Shown: positions 8,083 to 20,483 of the stretch, one piece after another
How positions within the stretch are numbered: the stretch's first letter is position 1
How the letters are laid out: every line of letters begins with the position of its first letter
Source: an uncultured Nitrospinota bacterium
Lineage (GTDB): Bacteria; Tectomicrobia; Entotheonellia; J063; CAVPRW01
Reading direction: 5' to 3'
Length of the DNA stretch: 64,000 nucleotides
Assembly: GCA_963707985.1 (NCBI GenBank)
Contig: CAVPRW010000048.1
Span: 119,422-183,421 of the forward strand
The notes under the pieces: model-generated
Databases searched by the model: none
Told to the model about the DNA's origin: nothing
What the model saw: only the letters and a program-made list of their open reading frames with translations
Position numbers and translations under genes: made by a program

Positions 8083-9834
8083 ATGCAGACGATCAACTTC
8101 GACATTGGACAACTGCTAAAGAAGGTTCGGGCTGGGCATTTCTTGATTCCTCAGTTTCAGCGCGATTTCACCTGGAAGGAGGGGCGAACTCGGTTACTGA
8201 TAGATTCGATTGCCCGGAATTATCCGATTGGCTCCCTATTAATCCTCGGGAAAAACGATGCAGTACCTCTTAAGTCTCGGAAATTAGATGCCGATTATCC
8301 TCCGAAAGATCAAGACTCCGAAGTGCTTGAAAAGTTTGATGAACCGGGCTCGGAATCCTGCTACGTGCTCGATGGGCAGCAGCGTCTCACATCCATTGCC
8401 AGAGTTTTCCTGGACGCGCACGCAAACAGGAATTATTACTTCGATCTAAAAGGAATGTACGAGCTGTTCGACACCGAGAATCCATCTTGGATTGTAAGTA
8501 GAAACCGAGGCATAAGGAATCCGGAGAGAAAAGACAACAACAGACTTCTTAGAACTGACATAGCCATGGAGCAGGCGCGATGCGATGTTTACATATCCGA
8601 GTATATTGAAGACTCTGGAGATTTCCCTGAATTCGAGAAGGATAAAACAGCAGCTCGACAGGCGGCGGCAAAACTCAAGGGCGTATTCGAAACCATCCGG
8701 AAGTTTTCTCTTCCATTTGTTGCTTTGGATAACGACGCCCCATTGGAATCAGTATGCCGAGTATTCGAAACCATTAATTCTACCGGCACCAGACTTACCA
8801 CATTTGACCTAGCGGTGGCACGTTATTATCCGAAGCCTGATCTCAAGGCTCTTCTCGACACTTCGACAGACAAATACCCCATTCTCGTAGACTATGAAAT
8901 CGATGGTGAAAGGATATTGCAAATACTGTCACTTTATAACCTCAGAATGACCAACAAGTTTCCAGAGGCTACTCGCTCTGTGCTCCTCTCCTTAGATGCC
9001 GCATTTATTCCTGATCATTGGGATGCAGCCGTAGATCACTTGGCGGAAGCGTGTGATTGGATTCAGAAATTGGGTGCAACTCCCAAGACCCAGCCTCCCC
9101 ATGGCACCCTCGTGTCCATAGCAGCAACCCTGATGTGTTTTCCGGGTAGTCTCGTTAACCCAGAGTTCTCTTCGACATTAAGAAAATGGTATTTCTGCAC
9201 CACCTTGGCGGCCAATCCATCGCCAGCGAACAACTATAAGATAGGTGATGACTTTCGAAAACTCTGCAATTTTCTCGAGCAGGGAACGTCCATACCGTAC
9301 CCTCGGGTGTATTTTACCGAAGATAATTTGATCGACATTAAGCACATAACTGATAGCCGTTACAAAGCAATACAAGCTCTGATGAGGACGACCGTAAGAG
9401 AGGATCTCTTGACTGGCAATCCTCTGGGTGCAAATCTCGAGGATCATCACATATTCCCGTATTCTCTCAACAAGAGTGGAGTGAGCAAGCATAGGCTAAA
9501 CTCTATCGTAAATCGCATTATCGTCTCGCAAGAAACAAACAGAAGTATCAGCAACCTGAACCCTGACAAGTACCTAGCGGATCTCGTAAAGCACCATATC
9601 TCTGAGGGTAATACGGGAGAGCTAGATAGACGGTTAACCAACTGTTTTATTCCCTATCTCTCGCTAGACCCTGAATTCATTCACAAATTCTCGAAAGACA
9701 GCTTTGACGGTTTTCTCACGGACAGGGCGAATATGATACTGAAGCGCATACGGGATGTAGTCGGCGACGCCTGGCAAGCTTCAGTCGCCTCGGAGGAAAA
9801 GAATCTTGAAGACGATGAGTTCGTGGCATCGTAA
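8083..9834 (+). CDS. GmrSD-like (DUF262 + HNH/DUF1524) modification-dependent restriction protein
   Basis: IPQFQRDFTW, LIDSI..YPIGS, VLDGQQRLTS, FETINSTG, EDHHIFP..N..N. Confidence 0.85.
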   Translation: MQTINFDIGQLLKKVRAGHFLIPQFQRDFTWKEGRTRLLIDSIARNYPIGSLLILGKNDAVPLKSRKLDADYPPKDQDSEVLEKFDEPGSESCYVLDGQQRLTSIARVFLDAHANRNYYFDLKGMYELFDTENPSWIVSRNRGIRNPERKDNNRLLRTDIAMEQARCDVYISEYIEDSGDFPEFEKDKTAARQAAAKLKGVFETIRKFSLPFVALDNDAPLESVCRVFETINSTGTRLTTFDLAVARYYPKPDLKALLDTSTDKYPILVDYEIDGERILQILSLYNLRMTNKFPEATRSVLLSLDAAFIPDHWDAAVDHLAEACDWIQKLGATPKTQPPHGTLVSIAATLMCFPGSLVNPEFSSTLRKWYFCTTLAANPSPANNYKIGDDFRKLCNFLEQGTSIPYPRVYFTEDNLIDIKHITDSRYKAIQALMRTTVREDLLTGNPLGANLEDHHIFPYSLNKSGVSKHRLNSIVNRIIVSQETNRSISNLNPDKYLADLVKHHISEGNTGELDRRLTNCFIPYLSLDPEFIHKFSKDSFDGFLTDRANMILKRIRDVVGDAWQASVASEEKNLEDDEFVAS

Positions 9835-9916
9835 ATCTAACAAAGCGCTGCAGCCGACTGCCTACAGCGTCCGCTCCGCTCCCGCTTTCGGCAGCGGCTG
9901 AGCGCCAGCGTTAGGC
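9835..9916 (+). repeat. attC site
   Basis: ATCTAAC...GCGCTgCAGCCG/CGGCTGAGCGC...GTTAGGC. Confidence 0.9.
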
Positions 9917-9952
9917 TTCCCGAGTTTTAGCGATTACACGAGGTGATATAAA

Positions 9953-10678
9953 ATGAAGTCACCAAGCTTCAAAGTAGCGGATGCGTTCAGTTTTGCTGGC
10001 GCACATGGGTTGCAGGCTGAGGCCGCGCAAATCCAGTCAATGGAAGTGCATCCGACGTTTAAGGCGCCTAATGTGGTTCGTAAAGGGTACCTCGTTGAGC
10101 TGTTCGAGGCACGAGGTTTGATGGAAGCCTTCGTAGAGCAGTATTGGTCTGGGCGCCACACTGACGCCGGCGAACGTCGGCGTGGGAAGTTCCTTGACCT
10201 AAAGCTTCGGAATGAACATCGACTCGACGGCGAGTTGGACGATGAAATGCCGGAGGACGAAGACGAGAGTGCTGAGGAGCAACGATTTGCACTGGAGGCC
10301 GACCTGCGGGATTTCTTGGCGGCAAATCTTCGGGTCATTGAGCCAGGGCTGAAGCTCTATCGGGACGGTGAGCAGGATGGCGTTGAATTTTCTGTGGACG
10401 GGGGGCGCATCGATATCTTGGCGATCGATCAGAACGGCACGCCCGTAGTGATCGAACTCAAGCTTTCGAAAGGCCGAAATCGCGCGATCGGTCAACTTCT
10501 TTACTACATGGGTTGGGTGGATAAGAACCTCGGCAAGGGTCGGAGTCGAGGGATCATTGTGGCAAGAGATATCCCGGATGATTTGCTCCTTGCCACACAG
10601 CGTGTTTCTGGTGTGTCGCTCTACCGCTACAGTGTGAGCATGGTCGTGGAAGCTGTGCGATTCCCGGGCGAAGCCTAA
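9953..10678 (+). CDS. NucS-like (DUF91) endonuclease domain protein
   Basis: FALEADLRDFL..IEPGL..GRIDILA..VVIELK..AIGQLLYY. Confidence 0.8.
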   Translation: MKSPSFKVADAFSFAGAHGLQAEAAQIQSMEVHPTFKAPNVVRKGYLVELFEARGLMEAFVEQYWSGRHTDAGERRRGKFLDLKLRNEHRLDGELDDEMPEDEDESAEEQRFALEADLRDFLAANLRVIEPGLKLYRDGEQDGVEFSVDGGRIDILAIDQNGTPVVIELKLSKGRNRAIGQLLYYMGWVDKNLGKGRSRGIIVARDIPDDLLLATQRVSGVSLYRYSVSMVVEAVRFPGEA

Positions 10679-11586
10679 CCAAGGCGTGCTCGCGCCAAGG
10701 TAAGCCCGAAACCTTGGAATTGGGTGAAAACCCATGAAATTGGTTGATGTTTCCCAGTGGGTGCGCACACCGTGCAAGTCCCACCTGACGAACGTCTAGC
10801 CAACAGGTCAGGAGCGAACCCGCGTGCCTCCCCGCAAGGGGCCGTACGGAGCCGGGTGTCGCGAGAAGGCAGGCCGCGTGATTGAGCCCCGACAGGTGTA
10901 GAGTCGTGGACAAGAGGATATCCTTCAGGGGGATCGAAGGGAAAGCCGACGGTTGGCAAGCGCCGGAAGGCAGCAGTCCTGGATGCATTAGGGCGAGTAT
11001 CGAGGACACCACCGGGGTCTGAGAGCGGGGCATGTCTGCAGAGGGGGGACTCGGGAACGTGGGAGAGCCACCCGTCTCCTTGTACCAGTGCCGGAACAGG
11101 GGGAGCGGCGGACCACAGGCCCTGGCGTGGCCCGGGGGCTTCCACCGGGCGACGAGCCGGAAACGGAGACCACGAACGTGGGAAGCCAGCAAGGGACTCG
11201 GGGTGCGAGCGACCAGCGCAGCACCCCGAGACGGGCAGGGTGGCAGTCGTCGCGGCGCATAGTACCGAGGAAGGTGGGGACGTGAGGCCCAAGCGACCCA
11301 CGGGAGGGAAGGCGCCGTCGGGCAGAGCCTCCGCTGGTCGGAGACAGGGGAGAGACCTAGAGCTCACGAACCCTGACCACGGCAGGCCAGTGGACTGTGG
11401 AGCCAGGGCGACCTTGCGTGGGCAGCAGCCGCTCTGTCTGAGGAACCGTATGCGTGAATGGCGCACGTACGGATCTGTGGGGGGGCCGGATGGGTAACCA
11501 TCGGCTCTACCCGGCAGCCGACGGCAAACAGCGTCCGCTCGTCCCTCGCTCCCACTGTTCGCCGCGCCTGATGCCCAGCGTTCGGC
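10673..11586 (+). repeat. attC site split by a group II intron
   Basis: GCCTAAC CAAGGCGTGC | AGCCGACGGCAAACAGC...CCTGATGCCCAGC GTTCGGC. Confidence 0.8.
10690..11515 (+). mobile_element. ORF-less group II intron, copy 2
   Basis: D5-like at 11443-11475; about 8 differences from copy 1 by eye. Confidence 0.85.
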
Positions 11587-11611
11587 AGACCAACGACAGA
11601 GGAGTAGCTGC

Positions 11612-12655
11612 ATGCGAATAGTCTTTGAACCCATGGAGGTACGCAAGGGCCTCCGTCAACTACGAGGCACACTTGTGGCTGCGCTCGGGGAAGCCACTCT
11701 CAAGCACTGGAGCTTTCCTGGGGCGAGCCAGGATGACAGGTTGCCCACATGGTCGGGCACCGCAGAAGGCTCGCCGTTCACCATTGCGATCGGGGACGAG
11801 GGGAGATGGACAAGCCGGACACCTGTCCTTCTCGCGCGAGAGGAGTCTTATAATGGAATGACGCCGGTCGTGGAGATCAACGTACCAGTCGCAGATGGCA
11901 GGATTAATCGCAAGGTCAATGGCTGCCTCTGCATGGACGACAACGGGGACTTCATTCTCGTGCACAGGGGAACGCGCTTCACTGTTACCCCCTACGTTGT
12001 GACGAAAGCAAGTGTGCATAAGCACTTTGCCAAGTGGCTGACGTTGGTGGACGACGGCGACGAAGAGACGCCAGTGATCCCCGTGGGGCCAATCGTGCAG
12101 GGCTTCGTTGAGCACGCGTCGGCCTTCGCAGATGCGGTGGCCATCCTTAAGCAAATATGGGCGGAATCCCAGGGAAACGTGGGTGTCGCGGAAGCCGCAC
12201 TTGGCTGGTCTGAGGACTTGAACTTCCCAGATGTCATTGAACGCTCCACCGGCGAGTCCCGCGGGCTGTTCGAGTATCGTCATGGGCCTCTCCAGACGAA
12301 ACTCATGGCTGTACTTCGCCAGTTACTGCCGTCAGGCTGTCGGGTGGTGCGGAATCAACGAATTGACTTGGGTATCCTCCGAGGAACCAGCCTCGATGCG
12401 ATTTTCGAGGTCAAGACCGGCCTTGGCCACCAGATCTACTCCGCTATTGGGCAGTTGCTGTGCTACAAAGCGGAGTTCGGCCATGCCGCGACACGGCTCA
12501 TTGTGGTACTTCCGTCCGAAGCATGTTCTAAGGGCGAAGCAACAGCGACCGGTCGACTCCTTCAGAAGCTCGGAATTGAACTCCTGATGGGACGCGGGCA
12601 GAAGTTCCGGACCTGGGACGGCAGCCATCTTCGACAACTCCCGTACCTTTCATAA
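11612..12655 (+). CDS. Hypothetical protein with a C-terminal PD-(D/E)xK nuclease-like domain
   Basis: RIDLG..IFEVKT..IYSAIGQLLCY. Confidence 0.65.
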   Translation: MRIVFEPMEVRKGLRQLRGTLVAALGEATLKHWSFPGASQDDRLPTWSGTAEGSPFTIAIGDEGRWTSRTPVLLAREESYNGMTPVVEINVPVADGRINRKVNGCLCMDDNGDFILVHRGTRFTVTPYVVTKASVHKHFAKWLTLVDDGDEETPVIPVGPIVQGFVEHASAFADAVAILKQIWAESQGNVGVAEAALGWSEDLNFPDVIERSTGESRGLFEYRHGPLQTKLMAVLRQLLPSGCRVVRNQRIDLGILRGTSLDAIFEVKTGLGHQIYSAIGQLLCYKAEFGHAATRLIVVLPSEACSKGEATATGRLLQKLGIELLMGRGQKFRTWDGSHLRQLPYLS

Positions 12656-12800
12656 GCTTGTACATAAGCATCGACGAAACTGGGCCGACCACACGCTTCG
12701 TGCTGACCGTTCGGCTGCTTTCGGGGATCGCTTAGAGCATGTTACATTCTATGTCCTGGAAACATACGCTCTATAACTAGGCATAAAGCCGAGGTCCGCC

Positions 12801-13031
12801 ATGAACGTCTCTCTTGAGTTCCCTGATGCCGCCTCTCTCACGCAGTTCGATCACGACTACCTGAAGGCAGTGTTGATTGCCACACTCTACCATCTCGGCC
12901 AACTCTCTGAACACGAAGCCTGTGTGGCGTTAGGGGTTACCCGCCGCGCCTTTGAGGAACTCTTGCCGCGGTTTGGGTTCTCCGTGTTGGCAGATGATCA
13001 GGATACCATCGACGTTGAACGGCACGCATGA
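12801..13031 (+). CDS. UPF0175-like antitoxin
   Basis: LYHLGQLS..A..LGVTRRAF.E.L..G; overlaps the PIN gene. Confidence 0.75.
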   Translation: MNVSLEFPDAASLTQFDHDYLKAVLIATLYHLGQLSEHEACVALGVTRRAFEELLPRFGFSVLADDQDTIDVERHA

Positions 13032-13430
13032 TGGAGGCGAGGCGTATTGTCAGCAATACCGGGCCGCTGATCTCATTAGAGAAGCTACATCAAGGCTACG
13101 ACTTTATCCGGCTGCTGTACGACACGATCATCATTCCTCCAGGCGTGTTTGACGAGGTTGCAGAGGGACAGTTTGCCACTCCCCACGCCTATTGGCAGCA
13201 CTATGGCATCGTGGACTTGATCGAGGTCCACGCTGTGTCACGGAACGAGAGGCTTCCAGAAGCAGCCCGCTTGCATGTTGGCGAGGCCCAAGCGATCCAC
13301 CTAGCGCTGGAACTTGCGCTCCCACTCCTCATTGAAGAAACGGTTGGGCGCCGGGTTGCTCAGGGCATGGGCATCTCCATTTCAGGGATTGTGGGGCAAG
13401 TACTAAAGGCGTTTCGTCAAGGAGCTATTA
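13028..13430 (+). pseudogene. DUF3368-like PIN protein, 3' end cut by a MITE
   Basis: VSNTGPLISL..GEAQAI.LA..LLIEE..GR; homology stops at the MITE. Confidence 0.7.
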
Positions 13431-14284
<854 letters not shown>

Positions 14285-14289
14285 ACAGC

Positions 14290-14685
14290 CTCTCACGGTG
14301 AACCCTGATAGGCCGGCACGTCGCTGCAGATGTAGGCGGCGAGCAGTCGTGCCTGCACCTCTAGCATGCTGCTGTAGCTCATCTTGCACCCAAATAACGG
14401 GTGTGTCACGATGATGGATTTGCGACGCTCATGGGTTTCGAGAAGGGTGCGGCGGCCGGCGTCGGTGAGCTGACAGGCGCCGTTCCAGATGATGAAATCG
14501 GCGACAGAGAGCTTGCCATTGCTGACCAGCGTCAGCACCATGGAGTCGGCATCACAGCGCAGAGCTCCGCCATCAAATCCAGAGCCAATGTTCGCCGGGC
14601 GTGTTTGCCACCCTGAAAAAACCCGAGATAGGGGTCAAACCCGACAGTGGGTGGAGCTGAGAAGGTTTCCTTCGCCAGCAATGTC
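14290..14685 (-). pseudogene. cas1: Cas1 C-terminal remnant, frameshifted
   Basis: [32 protein letters not shown]. Confidence 0.75.
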
Positions 14686-14702
14686 GCCTGCGGTGTCGAG
14701 CC

Positions 14703-14767
14703 GCCGAACGGTTCCGGCATCAACCGTGTGAGCCTCGTGGCACGTCGCCTGCCTGCCCTGGTTAGGC
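14703..14767 (-). repeat. Degenerate attC site
   Basis: Minus strand GCCTAAC CAGGGCAGGCAGGCG...TGATGCCGGAACC GTTCGGC, just after the stop of ORF 14779-15093. Confidence 0.55.
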
Positions 14768-14778
14768 CGATAGCAGGG

Positions 14779-15093
14779 TTAGCGATCACAGGCAGTAGTA
14801 TCCTGGTCGTCCAGATGTGCCTCACCGATCCGCTGATAGAGTTCTCGCAACGCGGTGACGGCTTGGTCGGCCAAGGCAAACCAGTCTTGGTTCTGAGCAC
14901 AGGCTGGATGGGAGAGGACGTATTGTTCCACAATGTCACCTGCCATCGAGGTTCTGTCCAACAGTTCGTGACACCCAAACGATCCCGGCTTGTACGGCTC
15001 GGACCACTGCGGCCCGTGCTCGGCAATCAGTTCCTCAATGTGCCGTTGCCGTTCGCGCTCCAGGTCCGGCGCCTTAGCTGAGTGTGGGTTCAT
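14779..15093 (-). CDS. Hypothetical protein
   Basis: 104-aa ORF starting 2 bp after the hicA stop. Confidence 0.6.
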   Translation of the reverse strand: MNPHSAKAPDLERERQRHIEELIAEHGPQWSEPYKPGSFGCHELLDRTSMAGDIVEQYVLSHPACAQNQDWFALADQAVTALRELYQRIGEAHLDDQDTTACDR

Positions 15094-15095
15094 GC

Positions 15096-15284
15096 TTAGA
15101 CCTCCAGTCCAGCTTGTCGGAGGATACTCTTGTAAGTACCCCTGGGCAGATCGTCTGACATGTTTCCGGGTACTGTGACCTTGCCAGCTTTGGTGGGATG
15201 CTTGAATTGCCGGTGGCTTCCTCTCTGGGCCACTTGAACCCAGCCATCGTTTGCCAGCAATCGCATGACATCCCGAACCTTCAT
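15096..15284 (-). CDS. hicA: HicA family toxin
   Basis: DGW..V.QRGSHRQFKHP.K.GKVTVP..GTYKSILRQAGL. Confidence 0.9.
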   Translation of the reverse strand: MKVRDVMRLLANDGWVQVAQRGSHRQFKHPTKAGKVTVPGNMSDDLPRGTYKSILRQAGLEV

Positions 15285-15500
15285 ATCACGATCACGCCGT
15301 TGCTCTCCGTTGAGTCCTGGTTCGTTCGTGGATTCTTCGTTTGTCTCGCCATGCAGCTTCACCTGTCCGCACAGGAGGCCTAACGAGGGATGGACTTCTT
15401 TGAGAATGTCAATGGTCCAGTGCTCTTATGCTTCAAAACCTCCAAGAGAAGCCGCCTGGTAGATTCTGCCACTGCAATTGAGGTGTGGGAAACCTCAAAG

Positions 15501-15737
15501 CTACACCTTTGCAGGGATTCTCTCGCTGAGGATTAGATTCGCGATCGGCAAGGCCACCACTTCAAGCCGGGAGAGATCGATAAAGGTGCTGGCATCTTCA
15601 ATCTCAATACCAATCACCCGATTCCCTTCGTCAAAGTCGAGGACAATACCAGGGGCGACTTCCTCTGACTCCGTACTCACCCCGTCGGCAAGTTTGATAT
15701 AAAGCATATCCGTGTCTGGATGATATTGAACAACCAT
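15501..15737 (-). CDS. DUF2283 family protein
   Basis: YHPDTDMLYI..SEEVAPGIVLDFD..VIGIEI. Confidence 0.85.
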   Translation of the reverse strand: MVVQYHPDTDMLYIKLADGVSTESEEVAPGIVLDFDEGNRVIGIEIEDASTFIDLSRLEVVALPIANLILSERIPAKV

Positions 15738-15758
15738 TTTCCCACACCCTCCTGAATT

Positions 15759-15989
15759 TCAGGGCCTGAAGCGACGATCAACGAACGCGTTATGCACAGT
15801 GTCCCCATCTGCTTCAGTCACGACCCGTAGATACTTACCCACATCGGGGATCAGCGCCCAGCGACGAATTCGTCCATTCGCTTGCACCTCTGTGCGGAGA
15901 GGGTTCGTGAGCGCCGATTCGATCCATTCCTGTCTGAGATATGGGCGACGGGTCATCACAGTTGTGGAGAAGTAAGGAGTTGTCTTCAT
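15759..15989 (-). CDS. Small RelE-fold/DUF4258-like protein
   Basis: WIE..L.NP...GRIRRW...YLRVVT..DG.TVHNAF.DR; upstream of DUF2283. Confidence 0.65.
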   Translation of the reverse strand: MKTTPYFSTTVMTRRPYLRQEWIESALTNPLRTEVQANGRIRRWALIPDVGKYLRVVTEADGDTVHNAFVDRRFRP

Positions 15990-16014
15990 CCATGGTAACC
16001 CATATGTTCCACCC

Positions 16015-16299
16015 TCAGCTCACGATGACTACATCCAGAGCATCATACGCAGGCATTGGAAGGCCAAGCGCCTCGATCTCGGCGGCACACATGGCTCATA
16101 GGCGGATGAAGAGCACCTGATCTTCCTTCAGGTCGATGATCTCCTCCAGGCGGGCCTTTAAACGTACGAGGTCCACCGCCGAGATCCGACAGAGGAAAAC
16201 GGACAATTGGCGGCGACAGCCGAAGTCCTCGCATGCCTTGGCGACACGACGCAGGCGTTTGGGATGACGAATGTCGTAGGTGACAATGTGTGTTTCCAT
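16015..16299 (-). pseudogene. cas2: Cas2 with a premature stop
   Basis: [32 protein letters not shown] at 16096. Confidence 0.8.
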
Positions 16300-17650
16300 T
16301 GCTCCTCGCGATAAATGTATCATGTTCGAGATAAGTGAGCTGGCAAGCACCATTCCAGACGATGAAATCAGACGCGGAAAGCATACCATTGTTGATCAAG
16401 GTTAACACGACAGAATCGGCGATGACGGCGCGGAACTCCTCCATCAAATCCAGGGCCAACGATGGACGGCCGTGTTTGCCGCCGTGGAAAAACCCCAGAT
16501 AGGGGTCAAAGCCAACGGTGAGCAAGGCCGAGAAGGCATCCTTGGCCAGAATGGCATAGGCGAATGACAACAGTGCATTCACCGGATCGCGTGGCGGACG
16601 CCGGTTGCGTGACCGGAAGTCAAAGCCCCCACCAGGAACTGCAGCGTGCAACATGCGCCCAAAGGCCCCGAAATAGGCGGATGAACCCGCAGCATGACGT
16701 TCTTGGACGGTGCCGGCGTCAGCGCGCCGATGAAGCGTCCATAGCGCGTCAGCAGCGTCACAGGAACTTCTTGTTGAACCAGGGTCTCCACCGCCTGCGT
16801 GGAGATTTGTACGTTGCCGAACAGTACCACTTGTCGCACCGCCGCCAGGGGAATACGGTTGATCTCCTGCCGCTCCAGACTGACGACCAGGTGCTCACTG
16901 CGTTTCCCTACATACGATCCCTGCTCCTGCAGATAGAGGACGGCCCCTCTCGTCGAGCTCCGGCAGGACACGAGAGATGCTCGTGGGCCTAACCTGTTGG
17001 GGAATGACCTCGCCGGATTCCTGGAGATAGCGCGTCTCCTCCGGCTGGCAGATAGTCAGCAGGGAGCAGCCATGGCAGCGATGTGTCAAATCAGGCGGTA
17101 GCGGTGGTGGGGGTTGATCGGCAGCCGCAATCGCGCGAATGCGAGCGATGGCATCGAAGGTTTGCTGGCGTAACGCCCCATCCAATGGCACCCTGACCCG
17201 GCTCTTCGAGCCGATGTAATAGAGGAATGCCGCGGACACCTGCTGCCCCAAGTGCTCCTCTAGGAGGAGGGCTTGGCCGCAGAGCTGCACCGCGTCGTTG
17301 TCCCAATAGGTGGCCTGGCCATTGACATCCGTGGGGGCCGGCGAGCGCTTGTACTCGACCGGATAGACCTCACCATCCTTCGCTTCGATGAGGTCGAGCT
17401 TACCAGTTAAGCCCAGTGCCTCAGAGGCCAGGGAAACGCTGCGCGTGTGGATGGTTTCGCGCTCTTTGCGGGGCCGCAGCGCAGCCTTAGGGTCGTTGAC
17501 GCGATTGTGTTTGACGACGCCGTCCTCGACGTGCTCGTTAATGACCATCAACCCTTCGACATATTGCAGCCAATACAGGCGCGGGCAATAGGTCACCTGG
17601 TTGAGGGCACGGACGGGGATGAGATCGGTTGGTGCATCGGTGGCCAGCAT
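16300..17650 (-). pseudogene. cas1: Cas4-Cas1 fusion, frameshifted and internally deleted
   Basis: Cas4 YCPR, GKLDLIE, PVEYK, QLC, C..C....C; Cas1 [41 protein letters not shown]. Confidence 0.85.
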
Positions 17651-17654
17651 GGGT

Positions 17655-19574
17655 TCACTCCGAGAGCTTGAGTTGACATGGTGCTGGATCAATGGAGACC
17701 AACAGCGGCCGCGTCATGTGGGTCAGGGATACCAGTGCCTGGCCGGGAGCCAACCCCGGTAGCATGCCCCATTGCCCGCGATCGATGCCGCTGATCGATT
17801 TGCGCAGGCGATCGACGACAGTGCCATCGGCGATCTTGTGCAAGATGAAATTATTGATGAGTCCCAGCACCTCATCCGGCAGATGCTGTGGCAGTTGCGT
17901 GACGAACACCAATCCTAGCCAGCGTTTGCGGCCGCGCTTGGCGATCCTGGCAACCTGCTGGAACAACACTGGCATCTGATGGATGCGTTGCGCCGATAGA
18001 AACTCATGCGCTTCCTCGATGATAATCACCACCGGCGTCGGGCGTTTACCAGCCGCTCGGGCCCTGTCAGGAAATTCTCCTCCTGCTGCCGCTGGATGCC
18101 CCGCAGCAGGTCGGCGATGACGAGGTTATTCACCGCCGGCGAGTCGGTGTCGGAGAGGTCGATGACCGACACGCACCCCGGTTGCACCAGACTCGCATGT
18201 TCGAATTTCGGCACCCGTGGATTGTCGAAGATCTGCAGCCGTTGCACACGCCACAGTTTGCCCAGCAGCCCCCGCCAGCTTACCGCCTGGCCGGGCGCCT
18301 GGGCGGTTGCAGCACGCTGGCGAATGATAGCGCTCTTTACCGCGCAGCTCGAGCGACCGCAGCTCGGAGGCGCGCATGCCCTCCTCAGACTCGTGGCCCT
18401 TGCTTTTGGTGCGTTCATCTCTGGAGCTGGCGGCCATATCGGCAAAGACCCCGGCCACGTCGATGAGCTGGAGCAGGGTCATTCGGGGATAGCCTCCGTC
18501 CAATTCGTCGACCTCTAACGCCAGATTTTCCTCGCCCGGTTTGGGGAAGATTTCCACGTCACGCATGACCAGCTTCAGGGTGTCGTAGGCCTTTAAGAAG
18601 CGCTCCTGCTGGGCCGTCGACAGGTCAAGGATTTCCATCACGGCATCGGGTGAGAGATTCGCGAACTGCAAACAAAACGGTTTGACAATCGCCCCGTGTG
18701 CCTCCCGGCTCGTCTCTCTGCCGATCAGGTGGAGGATGCGCAAGTTCCTGGTGCCGTCGGGTGCCAGATGCCGTTGTCTCAAGGCCGTCAACATTTGTTG
18801 GTCTGTGACGGGGAGGTCCATTTCGGTGTATTCGCCTTCGACGTCGATCAGGATCGTCGCCACGCCTGCCCGCTGCAGTCGGTGCACCAGGCCTGCCACG
18901 CTGGTCGATTTGCCGCTGCCCGTGGTGCCGATGATGCCGAGGTGCCGCGGTAGCACGGATTTTTTATCCGTAGGGATACCGACTACGATCTCATCCTGGC
19001 CGACGACTAGCCCGAGGCGCGCATCGCCGCCGACATTCAGCACCTGCGCCGTCTGCTCGGCATTGAGGGGGAACACCGGGCTGTTAGGCCTGGGCCGGTA
19101 GCGCGGCGGGATCACCTGACCGTCGCTCTCCTCGCCCAGGATCTGCACATAGGCACGCCCATGGTATCGTGGCAGGAATATGCCGCCCTGCACGGTAGTG
19201 GTCACCATCAGGGGGGAGTCCGGGCGAAAGCCGTCGGGCTCGGCGAACGGCCCGGCAACGACTGTTCCCAGGTAGGTGCGGTCCAATGTGTTGTCGTCAT
19301 TGAGGCTCTTGATGCGGACCAGGGTTTGCGAGGGAAGCTGGTTCATGTGCTCTTTGGTCAGCAGGATCGTGATGGCATTGTCCTCGCTGGACGGGGTGTC
19401 AAAATGAGTGTACGCCACGGCGCCCTCAGTACCTGGCCGCGGCTTGTATGGCCCGCCGACCTCTTCCGCTACCGCTGTTAAACTCGCCAGGGTGTCGGCC
19501 GACACCGAACGCACGGTGGGCTCAGAAGCAGGTTCTGATGGTAGGGATCCGTTGTCTTGTGATGTGTCAACCAT
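17655..19574 (-). pseudogene. HerA/FtsK-like ATPase in three frames
   Basis: RHLGIIGTTGSGKST, DVEGEY, IIIEEAHEF, IAKRGRKRWLGL.FVTQ.P. Confidence 0.85.
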
Positions 19575-19599
19575 AGGATGACCTCCTTTCACCCTGTAT

Positions 19600-20462
<863 letters not shown>

Positions 20463-20483
20463 TCACGCGGCTAAGGTCTTTCC

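Noticed and set aside
12683..12715. Functional attC after ORF 11612-12655
   Set aside because: GCCGACC...GTTCGGC is too short and lacks AAC and L boxes; at most a remnant
15430..15466. Single degenerate type I-G-like repeat beginning GCTTCAA
   Set aside because: One copy only, weak palindrome, not distinguishable from chance
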